Numbered from the stretch's first letter, positions 27,195-37,486 are shown. The stretch: 64,000 nt of DNA from an uncultured delta proteobacterium (GCA_963810935.1 CAWEPK010000017.1:128001-192000); one strand, 5' to 3'. Made by a program: numbers and translations. The notes: generated by a model from the letters alone, not told the origin.

Positions 27195-29351
27195 TTATTC
27201 CGCGAGCACCAGTCTCATATCGATGCCGACAGCGCCCTTCCCCTCTTCGAACACGGTCAGGGGGTTGATATCCATCTCGACGATCTCTCCGAAATCCGTT
27301 ACCATCTGCGACACCTTCAGGAGTATGTCCTCCAGGGCCTTCAGGTCCGAACGCACCTCCCCGCGCACGCCGAGGAGTAAATTGAATGACCGCAGCTCCC
27401 GCATCATCTCGCCCGCCTCTTTGCGCGAGAACGGGGCGATGCGAAAGGCGACGTCCTTGAGGACCTCCACGTAAATGCCCCCGAGCCCGAGCATAACGAG
27501 GGGACCGAACTGCGGGTCGCGGTTCATGCCGACGATTACCTCTTTACCGCCGTGCACCTGCTGCTGGACGTTGCAGCCCCATATGTCGGCGTCCGGCATG
27601 TAGCGGGTGGCGCGGTAGGTCAGCAGGTCGAAGGCGTCGCGCACGTCGGCCGCGCTCCGTACGTTGAGCTTGACGCCGCCTATATCGGTCTTATGGAGTA
27701 TATCGGGCGAGGCAATCTTCATTACGACGGGGTAGCCGATCTCTTCGGCACATTCGACCGACTCATCGGCCGTCTCGCAGAGCTTCGATTTCGGCACGGG
27801 GATATGGTACGCCTCCAGGATGCTCCTCGCCTCGGCGTCGCCGATGGTCAGCCGCCTCTCCGACCGGACCCTCTCGAAGACCTTCACCACCGCCTCGCGG
27901 TCCGCCTCAAATCGCTCGAACTGCGGCGGGGGCTCCTCCTGCCAGGCGCGCTGCCTGGCCATTACGGAGAGGGCGCCTATGGCCCGCTCCGGCACTATAT
28001 AGTTAGGGACGTCGTTGTCGGTGAGCGTATTCAGCGCCCGGTCGATTGACGCCTCCCCCATAAAACAGGCAAGCACGGGTATCTTCTTGAGCCTCCCGAC
28101 CTCCCCGACTACCTCTGCCACTTCGTCGATGGGCGTCGAGAACTGCGGGGTGAGGATGACGACGAGGGCGCCGACGTTAGGGTCGTCCAGAAGCAGCCCG
28201 ATTGCGGCTTTATACAGCTTCGTATTCGCGTCGCCGAGTAAGTCTACCGGGTTGAGCGTTGATGCCGCAGGGGGGAGCGCTGCCCGCAGCTTCTCGATGG
28301 TGCCCTTGTCGAGCGATGCCAGACTGAGGCCCGCCCGCTCGATGGCGTCCGTCGCCATGATGCCCGGACCTCCCGCGTTCGTGACGATGGCGACCGACTT
28401 GTTTTTCGGCAGGGGCTGGCGCGCCATGGCTACGCCGAAGTCGAACAACTGCTCTATCGAATTGGCCCTGATGATGCCCGTCTGCTTGAAGGCCGCATCG
28501 TAGGCCCTCTCGCTGCCTGCCAGCGAGCCGGTGTGGCTGCTGACGGCCCTGGAGCCGCCGGCCGTCACGCCCGCCTTTATGGCGACGATGGGCTTTTTCT
28601 TCGTGAACTCCCTGGCGACGCTCATGAAGCGGGCGCCGTCGTTTATGCCCTCCAGGTATGCGAGCACGACCTTCACGTTCGGGGGCCCGGCCCACGCCTG
28701 GAGGAAATCTATCTCTCCGAGGTCCGCCTTGTTGCCGAGGCTGACGAAGGAAGAGAAGCCTACGCGCTCGGCAATGGCGATATCGAGCATGGAGGTGCAC
28801 AGGGCGCCCGACTGGGACATGAAGGCCATGTTCCCCTTTGGCGGAGTGCCTGCCGCGAAGGTTGCGTTGATGGGCGTAAATGTGTCGATAACGCCCAGGC
28901 AGTTCGGCCCGAGGACGCGCATGCCGTGCTTTTTGGCGATCTGGGTGATCGTGCGCTCCGCCTGGAGCCCCGCAGGCCCCGTCTCGCGGAAACCCGCAGA
29001 TATGACGACCACGCCGCCGACCCCGTGCTTCCCGCACGCCTCCAGGGTATCCGGGACGAATTTTGCAGGGATCGCTACGATCGCCAGGTCCACTTTGTCG
29101 TTAACTGCCTCTATACTCCCGTAGCAGCGAAGGCCCAAAAGCTCGTCCCTGCCCGGATTGATAGGGTGTATCCTGCCCTTGAAACCGCTTTTGATAATAT
29201 TATAGAGGATGGCGTAGCCCGGCTTGTCCCTCGATTCCGTTGCACCGATTATCGCGACGGAGGACGGCGAAAAAAACGCTTCCAGCTTCTCAGGTTCCAC
29301 AAACACCTTCGGTTTTGCCGCAGCTCTCTCCTGATACAGGGCGGCGTTCAT
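27195..29351 (-). CDS. ADP-forming acyl-CoA synthetase (fused alpha/beta)
   Basis: SVAIIGA, GPNCLG, SQSGAL, SHTGSLAG (phospho-His), NPVDL, KIASPDILHKTDIGGV, DINPL. Confidence 0.92.
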   Translation of the reverse strand: MNAALYQERAAAKPKVFVEPEKLEAFFSPSSVAIIGATESRDKPGYAILYNIIKSGFKGRIHPINPGRDELLGLRCYGSIEAVNDKVDLAIVAIPAKFVPDTLEACGKHGVGGVVVISAGFRETGPAGLQAERTITQIAKKHGMRVLGPNCLGVIDTFTPINATFAAGTPPKGNMAFMSQSGALCTSMLDIAIAERVGFSSFVSLGNKADLGEIDFLQAWAGPPNVKVVLAYLEGINDGARFMSVAREFTKKKPIVAIKAGVTAGGSRAVSSHTGSLAGSERAYDAAFKQTGIIRANSIEQLFDFGVAMARQPLPKNKSVAIVTNAGGPGIMATDAIERAGLSLASLDKGTIEKLRAALPPAASTLNPVDLLGDANTKLYKAAIGLLLDDPNVGALVVILTPQFSTPIDEVAEVVGEVGRLKKIPVLACFMGEASIDRALNTLTDNDVPNYIVPERAIGALSVMARQRAWQEEPPPQFERFEADREAVVKVFERVRSERRLTIGDAEARSILEAYHIPVPKSKLCETADESVECAEEIGYPVVMKIASPDILHKTDIGGVKLNVRSAADVRDAFDLLTYRATRYMPDADIWGCNVQQQVHGGKEVIVGMNRDPQFGPLVMLGLGGIYVEVLKDVAFRIAPFSRKEAGEMMRELRSFNLLLGVRGEVRSDLKALEDILLKVSQMVTDFGEIVEMDINPLTVFEEGKGAVGIDMRLVLAE

Positions 29352-29779
29352 TATTTATTGTACTTCCCCGAACCACCATGTGCAATGAGAGAAGGCGGGG
29401 GACGGGGGACGCTTGATCCCCTTTCGCTTCCTAAGCGACGGCACGCAAGAAGCGAAAAGCATATCCACGACTGCGAAGGCCGTCCGAAAAAATACGCCCC
29501 TATGCCTAGTTGACAATCCCCCTCCCCGTTCCCAGATTAGTTTATGTAAGGTTCTTTCGTGTCCCTTAGTCGGGCGTTATCCGAAGACTATCCATTCTCT
29601 TATCCACCTTGCCTCACCGGACGGGCTTACGGCGGAAGCCCATCTTAAGGGCGGAAAAGGAGTTCTTTTCGATCTCCCGCTTCCGTATAGCAAGGTCAGC
29701 AAGGCAAACGCGGTTGTTAGGGGCAACCGCCCAAGTACCAGCAAGGGGCAGATAAACAAATGCGTCAAGGGAGGGGACA

Positions 29780-30472
29780 ATGAAGATAGGCGTCTTGCTC
29801 TTTATCTTTCTATGCCTGGCCGCCTGCGCGGCCCCACAGGCCCCGAGCGTCGCCAGCATGGGCCTGCCTGCAAGGACCGTCCAGCCTGAGTACAGGCTCA
29901 ACCCCGGGGACATCCTGGACGTCAAGTTCTTCTACAATCCGGAGCTTAACGAGACGATCATGGTCCGCCCGGACGGGAGGATCTCCTTACAGCTCGCAAA
30001 CGAGGTAATGGCCGCAGGCCTGACCCCGGAGGAGCTGCGTAAGTCCCTGGCCTCCCGCTACTCGAAGGAGATCAACAAACCCGAGGTGAGCGTCATCGTC
30101 CGCTCCTTCTCCATGCAGCGGGTCTACGTGGACGGAGAGGTCTTCCGTCCCGGCATGCTGCCCCTGGCAGGCCCTGTGACCGTCCATCAGGCCATAGCGG
30201 CGGCAGGCGGGTTCAGGGATACCGCCAGGAGGACGGACGTCATCATAGTAAGGCAGGTGGCCGGCAAGCCCGTCCCCCTGAAGGTCAACATGGAAGACGT
30301 ACTGAAGAACGAAGACCCGTCCCAGGATATCCTGCTCGCCCCCTTCGACATCGTCTACGTACCGCGGTCCGGCGTCGCCGAGGTCAACAAGTTCGTAGAC
30401 CTCTACCTGAGGAGGAACATACCGATAGGGGCAGGCATAGGGGCAGGCTGGACGCTCGGAGGCACGCCATGA
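29780..30472 (+). CDS. wza: Polysaccharide export lipoprotein (Wza/EpsE family)
   Basis: Lipobox LAAC; YRLNPGDIL, VRPDGRISL, AAGG, DIVYVP. Confidence 0.9.
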   Translation: MKIGVLLFIFLCLAACAAPQAPSVASMGLPARTVQPEYRLNPGDILDVKFFYNPELNETIMVRPDGRISLQLANEVMAAGLTPEELRKSLASRYSKEINKPEVSVIVRSFSMQRVYVDGEVFRPGMLPLAGPVTVHQAIAAAGGFRDTARRTDVIIVRQVAGKPVPLKVNMEDVLKNEDPSQDILLAPFDIVYVPRSGVAEVNKFVDLYLRRNIPIGAGIGAGWTLGGTP

Positions 30473-31908
30473 ACGACAACACCGGCAGCGTAAGAGACAT
30501 ACTGACCGTCCTCTTCAAGCACAAACAGAAGATCATCATAACCTTCTTCGCCGTAGTGGCCGCAGTCACCATAGGCACCTTCCTTATCTCCCCCACTTAC
30601 GAGGCAAAGTCCTCCCTTTTAGTCAAGTTCGGCAGGGAGTACCTCTATACGCCTGAGGTAGGGGAAGGCAGGCCCACCCCCATGGCCTCCGGCCAGGAGG
30701 AGCTTCTCAACTCGGAAGTGCAGATACTAATGAACCACGACATCATAGGCAAGGTGCTTGCCTCCTTGGGGATACAGAACGTATACCCGGGCCTGTCCGC
30801 CTTCTCAGGGGTAGCCAAGACGGATGCAGCCATCAACCAGTTCAAGAGGTCCCTGATCGTAGAGCCGGTCAAGAAGTCGAACGTCATCCAGGTCTCCTTC
30901 CAGCACCATAACCCGGAGATCTGCGCCAAGGCGGTCAACCTCCTGGTCGATAACTTCAGGGAGAAGCACCTTCAGATATACGCGGACCCCAAGTCCTCCT
31001 TCCTTGCCGAGCAGTTGTCGGGGTACAGGGAGAAGCTGACCCAGGCGGAAGGCAAGCTCGAGGGGTTCAAGCAGAGATACGGGGTTTACTCGTTAGACGA
31101 GCAAAGGGGCATGCTCTTAAAGCAAAGGCTGGAGGCGGACAGCTCGGATAAGGACGCGGAGAACCGCATGGGGGAGATTGCAAGGAAGATAGCCTCCCTC
31201 CAGTCCCAGATGCGCACGATAGAAAGGAACGTGCCCGTCTCGTCGGAAGAGCCCCGCTTCAGGGTAGTGGACGACGCCAACGCCCACCTGCTTACCTTAA
31301 GGATGAAGGAGCAGGAGCTTCTGGAGAAGTATAAGGAGGACAACAGGCTGGTCGTCAACGTAAGGAAGGAGATAGCGATACTCGAGAACTTCCTGAAGAA
31401 AGAGAAGCAGAACCAGGTCCCGAAAATAATAACGGGCAAGAACCCCGTCTACGACGACGCGGAGAGGGAGATAGTAAAGGCAAAGGGCGACCTTGCAGCC
31501 CTGGAATCCAGAAGGTCTTCCCTAAAGGTGCAGATGTCGCTTATAGAGAGGGGCCTGCGTGAGCTGGATGCCCGGAGCACGGAGCTGTCCACCTTGAAGC
31601 GCGACGTAGAGGTCAGCGAGAAGAACTTCCAGATATACAGGGAAAGGGCCGAAGAGGCCCGCATAGCGGATGCCATGAACCGGCAGAAGATGGCGAACGT
31701 CTCCGTCATCCAGGAAGCCTCCGTCCCCACCGAGCCCATAAAGCCCCGCATGGGATACAACTTCATGCTCGCCCTGGTAATAGGCTCCATATCAGGGCTC
31801 GGCCTGGCTTTCTTCTCCGAGTATGCAGGCCAGCACCTCTCGACCCCCCAGATAGCTGAGAAAAGATTGGAGCTGCCGGTCTTGGGGAGCATAGAGAATA
31901 AGGGGTAG
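30469..31908 (+). CDS. Polysaccharide co-polymerase (GumC/Wzc N-domain, no kinase domain)
   Basis: N- and C-terminal TMs around a long coiled coil; PTYEA, NSEVQIL, PTEPIKPR, LELPVLGSI. Confidence 0.88.
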   Translation: MNDNTGSVRDILTVLFKHKQKIIITFFAVVAAVTIGTFLISPTYEAKSSLLVKFGREYLYTPEVGEGRPTPMASGQEELLNSEVQILMNHDIIGKVLASLGIQNVYPGLSAFSGVAKTDAAINQFKRSLIVEPVKKSNVIQVSFQHHNPEICAKAVNLLVDNFREKHLQIYADPKSSFLAEQLSGYREKLTQAEGKLEGFKQRYGVYSLDEQRGMLLKQRLEADSSDKDAENRMGEIARKIASLQSQMRTIERNVPVSSEEPRFRVVDDANAHLLTLRMKEQELLEKYKEDNRLVVNVRKEIAILENFLKKEKQNQVPKIITGKNPVYDDAEREIVKAKGDLAALESRRSSLKVQMSLIERGLRELDARSTELSTLKRDVEVSEKNFQIYRERAEEARIADAMNRQKMANVSVIQEASVPTEPIKPRMGYNFMLALVIGSISGLGLAFFSEYAGQHLSTPQIAEKRLELPVLGSIENKG

Positions 31909-31949
31909 GGGATAGGAAAGGTGGAATACACGTCTTGTTTTTATGCCGT

Positions 31950-32026
31950 ATAAAGCAAGCGTATGCGCAGCGCTGAGGGGGGTGGCTCCGGCGGCTTTGC
32001 CGACGGAGGGGGCGCTGAGCCCCAAT
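31950..32026. repeat. Dispersed ~78-bp structured intergenic repeat, copy B (inverted relative to copy A)
   Basis: Reverse complement aligns with 2203-2280. Confidence 0.85.
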
Positions 32027-32046
32027 AATTGCCAAGGGGTGATGCC

Positions 32047-33444
32047 ATGTATCTGAATTACTACAACTTCAGGAGGGAGCCGTTCCAGATAACCCCAGAC
32101 CCGGAATTCCTTTTCCTGAGCCCGAGCCATAAGGAGGCGATGGCGTCGATCATTTACGGCATCGAGGGGAAAAAGGGGTTCATAGCCATCGTCGGGGGGG
32201 TCGGCGTCGGCAAGACCACCATTTTGCGCTCCTACCTCGAACAGGTCAACAGGGAGAAGACAAAAATCATCTATGTCTTCAACGCGAACCTTTCGTTCAA
32301 GAGCCTTCTGACGACGATCTATCAGGAGCTCGGCATAACCCCCCGCACCGACGATATCTTCCTGATGGTGAACCAGTTGAGCGAGGTGCTGATCGAGGAG
32401 TATAAAAACGGGTCCACCATAGTCCTGATCGTCGACGAGGCGCAGAACATGCCGGTGGAGACACTTGAAAACCTGCGCATGCTGTCGAACCTGGAGACGG
32501 CGACGGACAAGCTGATCCAGATCGTGCTCATAGGACAGCCGGAATTCAACGACAAGCTGAACCTGTACGAGCTAAGGCAGCTCAAGCAGCGCATCGCGAT
32601 ACGGACTACGATCCTGCCGCTCACCAAGATAGAAAGCGAAAGGTACATCCGGCACCGGCTTTCCAAAGTGATGATCAAGGACGAGCCCGTGCTTTCCAGA
32701 CGGGCGATGAACGAGATCGTGCGCTATTCGAAAGGCATACCGAGGGTCATCAACGTCCTGTGCGACAACGCCTTCATCACGGGCTACGGATACCAGAAGA
32801 AACCGGTAACGGCCAAGATCATCAGGGAGATCTGCACCGATTTCGATTCGAAGAGGAACAAGGAAAAAGAGCTGAAGACCGAGTATTTTTTCCGGTGGAA
32901 GGTGGCGGCGGCCATCGCCCTCGCTTTCGCGGCGATAGTCGTCTTCTGGATATCACCGTACAGGGATGGAACATGGGACCGGCTGCTCACCCAGGTGCGC
33001 CAGTTTAAAGAGGCACAGGCGCCGTCCGCGGGCATACAGAGGGACGTGCAGGCGCAGCCTGCCGCAATAACGGCGCCGGCACTTGCAGCGTCCCCGGCCG
33101 TACCGGAGAATCAGGCTGCCTCCACGCTCCCGTCCGTCGTTGTGCCGGTCCGGCCGGATGGGCAAGGCGAGCCCGTCCGTGAGGTTGCCGTGCCGGCGGT
33201 TAACCCCGCGACGCCGCAAGCGGCCGCAGCCGTGCCGTCCGCAGCCGATATGGGGAGGCAGGTGTCCGTGACTGTGGAGAGGGGCGATACGCTGTCGAGG
33301 CTAATGATAGCCAAATACGGCGCCTACGATAACGACATGCTGCAAAAGATAAAGAACGGCAACCCGTCCATCAAGGACGTCAACCGCATCTATGCCGGGG
33401 AGACGATCCTCTTCCCCCAAAAGGACAAACGGGCAAGAAAATGA
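32047..33444 (+). CDS. ExeA-like AAA ATPase with TM and C-terminal LysM domain
   Basis: EPFQITPDP, GGVGVGKTT, IVDEAQN, GQPE, GIPRVINVLCD; LysM VERGDTLSRL...NPSIKDVNRIYAG. Confidence 0.9.
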   Translation: MYLNYYNFRREPFQITPDPEFLFLSPSHKEAMASIIYGIEGKKGFIAIVGGVGVGKTTILRSYLEQVNREKTKIIYVFNANLSFKSLLTTIYQELGITPRTDDIFLMVNQLSEVLIEEYKNGSTIVLIVDEAQNMPVETLENLRMLSNLETATDKLIQIVLIGQPEFNDKLNLYELRQLKQRIAIRTTILPLTKIESERYIRHRLSKVMIKDEPVLSRRAMNEIVRYSKGIPRVINVLCDNAFITGYGYQKKPVTAKIIREICTDFDSKRNKEKELKTEYFFRWKVAAAIALAFAAIVVFWISPYRDGTWDRLLTQVRQFKEAQAPSAGIQRDVQAQPAAITAPALAASPAVPENQAASTLPSVVVPVRPDGQGEPVREVAVPAVNPATPQAAAAVPSAADMGRQVSVTVERGDTLSRLMIAKYGAYDNDMLQKIKNGNPSIKDVNRIYAGETILFPQKDKRARK

Positions 33445-34606
33445 TGCGGCAACAGCAGAGGCCAATTCGCACACGGCAGCTCCGGTTCTCACCCCTTTTT
33501 GCAAGCCACCTTGCCAGCCGGGATTATGACTTTTACGGAGAAGCAGACTTCAACGCCCATATCCGCGTGGAAAGACGCAGGACGGAGCGCACGAAGAAGC
33601 CCCTTCTCCTGGTGCTCCTCGATATCAACGCCCTTGAAAAGGACAGGAGCAGGAAAAGGGCTATAGAGAGGATCGCCTATGCCCTCTGCTCCTGCTCGCG
33701 GAAGATCGATATAAAAGGCTGGTACAAGGCCAGCTCGGTCTTCGGCATCGTCTTCACCGAGCTTCCCGGCGGCGTCAGGGAGATAAGACAAAAGCTGGTC
33801 GAGAAGATCACGCGGACGCTGGCCGGCGCGCTGAGACCGGACGAGATGCAGAAGATAAAGATCACGCAGCACACCTACCCCGAAGAGGACAAAGACGACG
33901 GGACTGAACATAAGGTCCTGGACCTCTACCTTTACCCGGACGTGACGAAGAAGAACAGCGCCGGACGCCTTTCCCTCATCCTGAAGAGGATAACGGACCT
34001 GATAGGGAGCGCCGCCTGCCTTATCGCGTCGGCGCCGCTGTTTCTGGCTATCGCGGCAGCGGTGAAGCTCACGTCGCCGGGGCCGGTCCTTTTCAGGCAG
34101 CGCCGCATGGGATTTTCGGGAAAGGAATTCACCTGCCTCAAATTCAGGTCGATGCACGTTCACAATGACCCGCAAGACCATATCGATTACGTTACGAAAT
34201 TTATAAGCGGGGACCTGCATAACGGCGGGAGCGCGCAAACCGAGGAAGCCGTTTTTAAGATGACGGACGACCGCAGGGTAACGCCTTTCGGCCGGCTCCT
34301 CAGAAAGACGAGCCTGGACGAGCTGCCCAGCTCATCAACGTGATCAGGGGCGACATGTCGCTCGTCGGGCCGAGACCGCCCGTCTCCTACGAATACGAAC
34401 AGTACGATATCTGGCACAGGCGCAGGGTGCTGGAGGTGAAGCCCGGCATCACCGGCCTGTGGCAGGTGAAGGGACGCAGCGCCACGGCGTTCGACGAGAT
34501 GGTGCGGCTCGACCTGCAATACGCCAGGGAGCGGTCTTTCTGGCTCGACCTGAAGATACTGTTGCAGACACCCCGGACGATTATCGGGTGCAGGGGTGCG
34601 TATTAA
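33441..34606 (+). CDS. Priming undecaprenyl-phosphate sugar transferase with N-terminal degenerate GGDEF-like domain (one base missing near 34327 as sequenced)
   Basis: KRITDL, SPGPVLFRQ, KFRSM, DDRRVT, KTSLDELP, then the shifted frame (QLINV)IRGDMSLVGPRP, KPGITGLWQV. Confidence 0.88.
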
Positions 34607-34659
34607 AACTTTTGCCGCCATGAGACGGACAATCTTGACTAGTAGTACAGGAGGCAATA

Positions 34660-35661
34660 ATGGTTCGCATCGGTGTGATCGGGTACGGTTACTGGGGCGT
34701 AAACATCGTAAGGAATTTCAGTAGTATAGAAAGCGGTAAGGTAGTTTCGATCTGTGATGTCAATCGAGAGGCCTTAGGGAAGGCGAGCAAGCTCTTCCCG
34801 GGGACGGAAGTCACTTCCGACTGCCGCGAGGTAGCGACGTCGCCCAACGTCGATGCGGTAGCTGTGGTAACGCCCGTCTCCACTCATTTCGAGCTCGCCA
34901 AACTCGCTCTCCAGAACGGCAAGCACATCTTCGTCGAAAAGCCCTTCACCGCGAACGTCCGCCAGGCAGAAGAGCTGCTGGAGCTGGCCGACAAGAAGGG
35001 CCTGCTGATAATGGTGGACCATACGTTCCTTTTTACGGGCGCGGTCCGGAAGATCAAGCAGTTCGTCGAGACCGACGTCCTGGGGAAGCTCTACTATTTC
35101 GACTCCGTCCGGGTTAACCTCGGGCTTTTCCAACATGACGTGAACGTCGTATGGGACCTGGCCCCCCACGACCTGGCGATCATGGATTACCTGATCGACG
35201 GGAAGCCTTCGGCCATTGTCGCTACGGGCGAGTCCCACGTGAACGGCCACGTGGACGTCGCTTATGTGACCGTCTATTTCTCCGACAAGATGATCGCCCA
35301 TCTCAACGTCAACTGGCTCTCCCCCGTCAAGTTGCGGACAACGCTCATCGGGGGCGACAAAAAGATGCTTGTCTGGAACGACCTCGACGCGGATGAAAAG
35401 ATCAGGATTTACGACAAGGGCGTAGAGGTGAAAAGCACCGAGGGCATCTACGACCTGCTCGTCAGTTATCGGTCCGGCGACATGTGGGTGCCGAAAGTAG
35501 AGCAGGCGGAGGCCCTGAAGCTCGAATCGCAGTATTTCGTCGATTGCATAATGAACAACACCGCCCCTATCAACGACGGCGTGACGGGTCTGCGGGTCGT
35601 GAGCATGCTGGAGGCTGCAGACAAGTCGTTGAACAAGAGGGGAGAGATGGTGTACTTATGA
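34660..35661 (+). CDS. Gfo/Idh/MocA NAD-dependent oxidoreductase (WbpB/WlbA-like)
   Basis: GYGYWG, EKPF, WDLAPHD. Confidence 0.88.
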   Translation: MVRIGVIGYGYWGVNIVRNFSSIESGKVVSICDVNREALGKASKLFPGTEVTSDCREVATSPNVDAVAVVTPVSTHFELAKLALQNGKHIFVEKPFTANVRQAEELLELADKKGLLIMVDHTFLFTGAVRKIKQFVETDVLGKLYYFDSVRVNLGLFQHDVNVVWDLAPHDLAIMDYLIDGKPSAIVATGESHVNGHVDVAYVTVYFSDKMIAHLNVNWLSPVKLRTTLIGGDKKMLVWNDLDADEKIRIYDKGVEVKSTEGIYDLLVSYRSGDMWVPKVEQAEALKLESQYFVDCIMNNTAPINDGVTGLRVVSMLEAADKSLNKRGEMVYL

Positions 35662-36263
35662 CGCATTTTATCTCTACGGACGTGCTGCTCGGAAAAGACG
35701 TGAAGCTCTCGAAGTTCCTGAACCTCTATGGGTGCTCGGTCGGCGACGATACCAAAATAGGCGCCTTCGTGGAGATCCAGAAAAACGCGAGGGTCGGGAG
35801 GAACTGCAAGATATCGAGCCACACGTTCATATGCGAAGGGGTGATTATCGAGGACGAGGTATTCATCGGCCACGGCGTCGTCTTCATCAACGACACGTAT
35901 CCCAGGGCGACGACGGGGGGCAAGCTCCAGACGGAGGACGACTGGTCCGTGGAGCCGACCGTTGTCAGAAGGGGGGCCAGCATAGGCTCCGGTGCGACGA
36001 TCCTCGCAAATGTAACTATAGGAGAGAACGCAATAGTGGGCGCGGGAAGCGTAGTGACGGCCGACGTGGCGCCCAATACTATCGTGGCCGGGAACCCGGC
36101 GAGGGTGCTCCGGAGGCTCAGGGAAAAAGTGGACAGGCCGCTGAAGACGGCGATCCCGAGCGTGGCGCTGATGCCGGAGAGCCGGCTGTCTACAGCGGAG
36201 TCAGTCGGAATGGCGGGTGACGCGGTCATTATGCATCTGGGATCAAGACAGGAGGAAGCATGA
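35658..36263 (+). CDS. Hexapeptide-repeat N-acetyltransferase (WbpD/WlbB-like)
   Basis: IGAFVEIQ, SHTFICEG, FIND.YPRA, IGENAIVGAGSVVT, AGNPA. Confidence 0.88.
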   Translation: MTHFISTDVLLGKDVKLSKFLNLYGCSVGDDTKIGAFVEIQKNARVGRNCKISSHTFICEGVIIEDEVFIGHGVVFINDTYPRATTGGKLQTEDDWSVEPTVVRRGASIGSGATILANVTIGENAIVGAGSVVTADVAPNTIVAGNPARVLRRLREKVDRPLKTAIPSVALMPESRLSTAESVGMAGDAVIMHLGSRQEEA

Positions 36264-37414
36264 AGGTACCTTTCGTCGATCTGAAAATCCAGTATGAAGC
36301 CATGAGGCAGGAGGTGGCGTCCGCCCTCCAGGAAGTGCTCGACCAGACGGCTTTCGCAGGCGGGCCTTTCGTCGCCCGGTTCGAGAAGAAGTTCGCCGAG
36401 TTCTGCGGCGCCCGTCACGCAGTCGGGGTAAGCAGCGGCACGGCGGCCTTATGGCTCGCCCTGCTCGCTTCCGGCATCGGCCCGGGCGACGAGGTAATCA
36501 CCGTGCCGAACACGTTTATCGCGACGGCCGAGGCCATAACTTTCACGGGGGCAAAGCCCGTCTTCATCGACGTGTGCGAGGACTCCTGCCTGATGGACCC
36601 TAACCTGATCGAAAGCGCGATAACGCCAAGGACCAGGGCGATCATACCCGTCCATCTCTTTGGGCAGGCGGCGGACATGGACCCCATCATGGAGATAGCG
36701 TCCGGCCGCGGCCTTGCCGTTATAGAGGACGCCTGCCAGGCCCACGGCGCAACCTACAAGGGCAGGAAGGCGGGCAGCATCGGCGACGCCGCAGCCTTCA
36801 GCTTCTATCCGGGGAAAAACCTCGGGGCATACGGCGAGGCGGGCGCTGTCGTGACGAACAACGACAAGCTGGCCGGAAAGGTCACCACCCTTCGCGACCA
36901 CGGGCAGAGCCGGAAATACTATCACTCCATGATCGGATGGAACGACAGAATGGACGGGTTCCAGGGAGCGATACTCGACGTAAAGCTCAAGTACCTGGAG
37001 GACTGGAACAAGGCGCGCAGGGCCCACGCAGCGCTCTACGACAGCCTGCTCCACGGCGAAGAGGGCATACGTTGCCCCACGGTCAAACCGTACGGCAAGC
37101 CCGTCTTCCACATATACGCGATCAGGACGGCGGACAGGGACGACCTCATGGCCTACCTCGGGGAAAACGGGGTCGCCTGCGGCATCCACTACCCCGTGCC
37201 CATACACCTTCAGGAGGCGTATAGCTTCCTTGGCCTGCCTGAAGGGAGTTTCCCTGCGGCTGAAGCTGCCGCATCGGAGATGGTCTCGCTCCCCATGTTC
37301 GCCGAGCTGACGGACGACCAGATCGCGTATGCGGCCGACAAAGTAAAGGCATTCATGGAGAGCAGGAGCGGAGCGCAGCGGGAAGCGGAGCAATTATCGG
37401 CGGCCACGGCGTAA
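36260..37414 (+). CDS. DegT/DnrJ/EryC1/StrS aminotransferase (WbpE/WlbC-like)
   Basis: PVHLFGQ, EDACQAHG, SFYPGKNLGAYGEAG, HYPVP. Confidence 0.92.
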   Translation: MKVPFVDLKIQYEAMRQEVASALQEVLDQTAFAGGPFVARFEKKFAEFCGARHAVGVSSGTAALWLALLASGIGPGDEVITVPNTFIATAEAITFTGAKPVFIDVCEDSCLMDPNLIESAITPRTRAIIPVHLFGQAADMDPIMEIASGRGLAVIEDACQAHGATYKGRKAGSIGDAAAFSFYPGKNLGAYGEAGAVVTNNDKLAGKVTTLRDHGQSRKYYHSMIGWNDRMDGFQGAILDVKLKYLEDWNKARRAHAALYDSLLHGEEGIRCPTVKPYGKPVFHIYAIRTADRDDLMAYLGENGVACGIHYPVPIHLQEAYSFLGLPEGSFPAAEAAASEMVSLPMFAELTDDQIAYAADKVKAFMESRSGAQREAEQLSAATA

Positions 37415-37486
37415 AAGCGCGCCGGGCGATCATGCGCCCAGGCGGAATAAGCGGACGGCAGGCGGAACACAAGTGACGAGGAACCC

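Noticed and set aside
29690..29740. c-di-GMP-I (GEMM) riboswitch, because of GGCAAAC
   Set aside because: No GAAA tetraloop stem or GACGCAAAGC segment follows.
31950..32026. Group II intron domain V/VI remnant
   Set aside because: Only superficial similarity (AGCGTATGCG...GAGGGG); no domain V hairpin geometry and no reverse transcriptase gene.
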